Origin: Candidatus Methylomirabilia bacterium
Lineage (GTDB): Bacteria > Methylomirabilota > Methylomirabilia > Rokubacteriales > CSP1-6
DNA: 34,917 nucleotides
NCBI GenBank assembly: GCA_041497895.1
Contig: JBGQHJ010000034.1
Span: 1-34,917, forward strand
Direction of reading: 5' to 3'
The notes beneath the pieces were generated by a model. The model had not been told where the DNA came from and searched no databases. It saw nothing but the letters and a program-made list of their open reading frames with translations. Position 1 is the stretch's first letter, and each line of letters starts with the position of its first letter. Positions 33,410 through 34,917 of the stretch are shown here, one piece after another. The position numbers and the translations under genes were made by a program.

Positions 33410-33718
33410 TCACTTCACGACGATCCGCCCCGCGTTCTTCTCGATGACGCCCTTGCCTATGCCGTCCACCTTCTCCAGATCCTGCGCCTTCTTGAACGGA
33501 CCGTGGGCGTCCCGGTAGTCGATGATCTTCTGCGCGCCCCCGGCCCCGACGCCCGCGAGCTTCATCAGCTCGGTCTTCGACGCCTCGTTGATGTTGACCT
33601 TGACGTCCTTGTCGTCGACCTTCACCCTGACCGGCTTGGCCTTGTCCTCGCCCAGCGCCACGCCACCGCTCAGGCACCACAGCGCCACCGCCAGCACGCC
33701 CATCCAGCGCTTCACCAT
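33410..33718 (-). CDS. ComEA-family helix-hairpin-helix DNA-binding protein
   Basis: ATG 33718 with AGGAGG RBS; signal peptide; VNINEASKTELMKLAGVG..AQKIIDYR..HGPFK..DLEKVDGIG. Confidence 0.92.
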   Translation of the reverse strand: MVKRWMGVLAVALWCLSGGVALGEDKAKPVRVKVDDKDVKVNINEASKTELMKLAGVGAGGAQKIIDYRDAHGPFKKAQDLEKVDGIGKGVIEKNAGRIVVK

Positions 33719-33817
33719 GCTGATCCTCCTGGATCGAGATGAGATGAGTTGCTGGGGCGATTGCACGCCGGAGCGCGCGAGCGGTCAATGCGGACAATTT
33801 CAGACGGCGAGGCGTAT

Positions 33818-34129
33818 CTAGGATTCGGCGGAGCGGGCGAGGGTGTCGAGGTAGGCCTGCCACTCCCACGCGAGCAGCGACTGCTTCTTGTTGTTGCATT
33901 CCTTGCAGGCGGCCACCATGTTGGCCCGGATCGAGCGGCCGCCGCGCACGAGCGGCACGACGTGGTCGAGGGTGAGCGCCTTGGAGCCCACCTCGCGCCG
34001 GCAGTAGTGGCAGCGACCGGTGGCGATCCGCCGCCGCCACCACGGGGTCTGGCGCAGCTCCCGCGCGCGCGCCTTCTCGCGGCGGAGGGCGTCGTCGTCG
34101 ACCTCCCGCACGTAGCGATCCTCGCTCAC
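33818..34129 (-). CDS. Small HNH endonuclease-family protein
   Basis: GTG 34129 overlapping the ABC-F stop; CHYC...LTLDHVVPLVRGGRS..NMVAACKECNNKK. Confidence 0.9.
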   Translation of the reverse strand: MSEDRYVREVDDDALRREKARARELRQTPWWRRRIATGRCHYCRREVGSKALTLDHVVPLVRGGRSIRANMVAACKECNNKKQSLLAWEWQAYLDTLARSAES

Positions 34130-34917
34130 TGCGCTTCCCCGGAGACCGCGGACAGGCGCAGCGACAGCTCCTCCCACTCCTTCATGAGCCAGGCCACGCG
34201 CTCCTCGGTGTCGCGGCGCGCCTGGGCGATGTCACGCGCCCGGTCTCCGTCGCGATAGAGGTCCGGGTCCGCGAGCGCGAGGCCGATCTCCTGGAGCCGG
34301 GCCTCCATCTCGTGGATCTGCGTCTCGACCGTGCCGAGACGGACCTTGATCGCCTTGATCTCGCGGTCGAGGTTCTTGGTGCTTTTTCTGCGGTCTGCCG
34401 TCTTGCTGTGTGTCGGGTCTTCCGTTTCGTTCTTCAAGCTTTTCACCTGCGGGGGCCCAGAAATGGCCCCCGCCCTCCCCCCGGGCGCGGACGGTCGGGA
34501 GATACGGCGGACGTTCGTCTGATCTGCCGGCTTTGGTTTCGGCGCGGTCGCCGGTGTGGTCTGTGCCGGAGCCGGGGGCGGGGTGGCGGCGGCCTGGGCC
34601 TTGTGGTCGAGGTAGTCGTCGTAGGTACCGAGGTGGGTGGTGAGGCGGCCGCGGTCCACCTCCACCACCTGGGTGGCGATGCGATTGATGAAATAGCGAT
34701 CGTGCGAGATGAAGACGATGGTGCCGGTGAAGCCCGCGAGGGCCTCCTCCAGCACCTCCTTGGACGCGAGGTCCAGGTGGTTGGTCGGCTCGTCCATGCA
34801 CAGGAGCGCGGCGGGCCGCGCGAGCATCTTGGCGAGCGCGAGCCGCGCCTTCTCGCCCCCGGACAGTACCGCGACCTTCTTCTCGACCGTGTCCCCGCTG
34901 AAGAGGAAGCTGCCCAG
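34126..34917 (-). CDS. ABC-F family ATPase (Uup/YheS-like), C-terminal part; 5' end outside the window
   Basis: Frame open to the window edge: FLFSGDTVEKKVAVLSGGEKARLALAK, DEPTNHLD, ISHDRYFI, C-terminal coiled coil ending LMKEWEEL. Confidence 0.94.
   Translation of the reverse strand: MGSFLFSGDTVEKKVAVLSGGEKARLALAKMLARPAALLCMDEPTNHLDLASKEVLEEALAGFTGTIVFISHDRYFINRIATQVVEVDRGRLTTHLGTYDDYLDHKAQAAATPPPAPAQTTPATAPKPKPADQTNVRRISRPSAPGGRAGAISGPPQVKSLKNETEDPTHSKTADRRKSTKNLDREIKAIKVRLGTVETQIHEMEARLQEIGLALADPDLYRDGDRARDIAQARRDTEERVAWLMKEWEELSLRLSAVSGEAQ

Overview
High-GC (roughly 70% by eye) bacterial chromosomal segment, almost entirely on the minus strand. A Methylomirabilota/'Ca. Rokubacteria'-like host is a tentative inference from composition and gene content, since no marker gene could be searched. 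Housekeeping blocks: lipA (partial); a serine hydrolase; tRNA-Leu(GAG); peptide ABC transporter (binding protein plus two permeases); gap-pgk-tpiA-secG; dksA-like, lapB-like and comF; rplU-rpmA-obg-proB-proA-nadD-rsfS; mreBCD-mrdA-rodA-rng; ppa; two cold-shock protein genes; a ComEA-like protein; an HNH nuclease; and an ABC-F ATPase (partial). An accessory block holds a CsoR/CopA/YHS copper operon with a ceramidase-like first gene and a DUF2889-like last gene, followed by a TetR-ECF sigma pair. Two main signals are missing from the ORF track. (1) A peroxiredoxin-like gene (1858..2331, -) has an in-frame UGA at the catalytic Cys position followed by a SECIS-like hairpin, so it is a probable selenoprotein. 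(2) A ~215-nt structured element (33020..33235, -) is closed by a 12-bp long-range helix and carries a 13-codon ORF whose leader and first codons are extensively complementary to the 16S rRNA 3' end (anti-SD plus helix 45).
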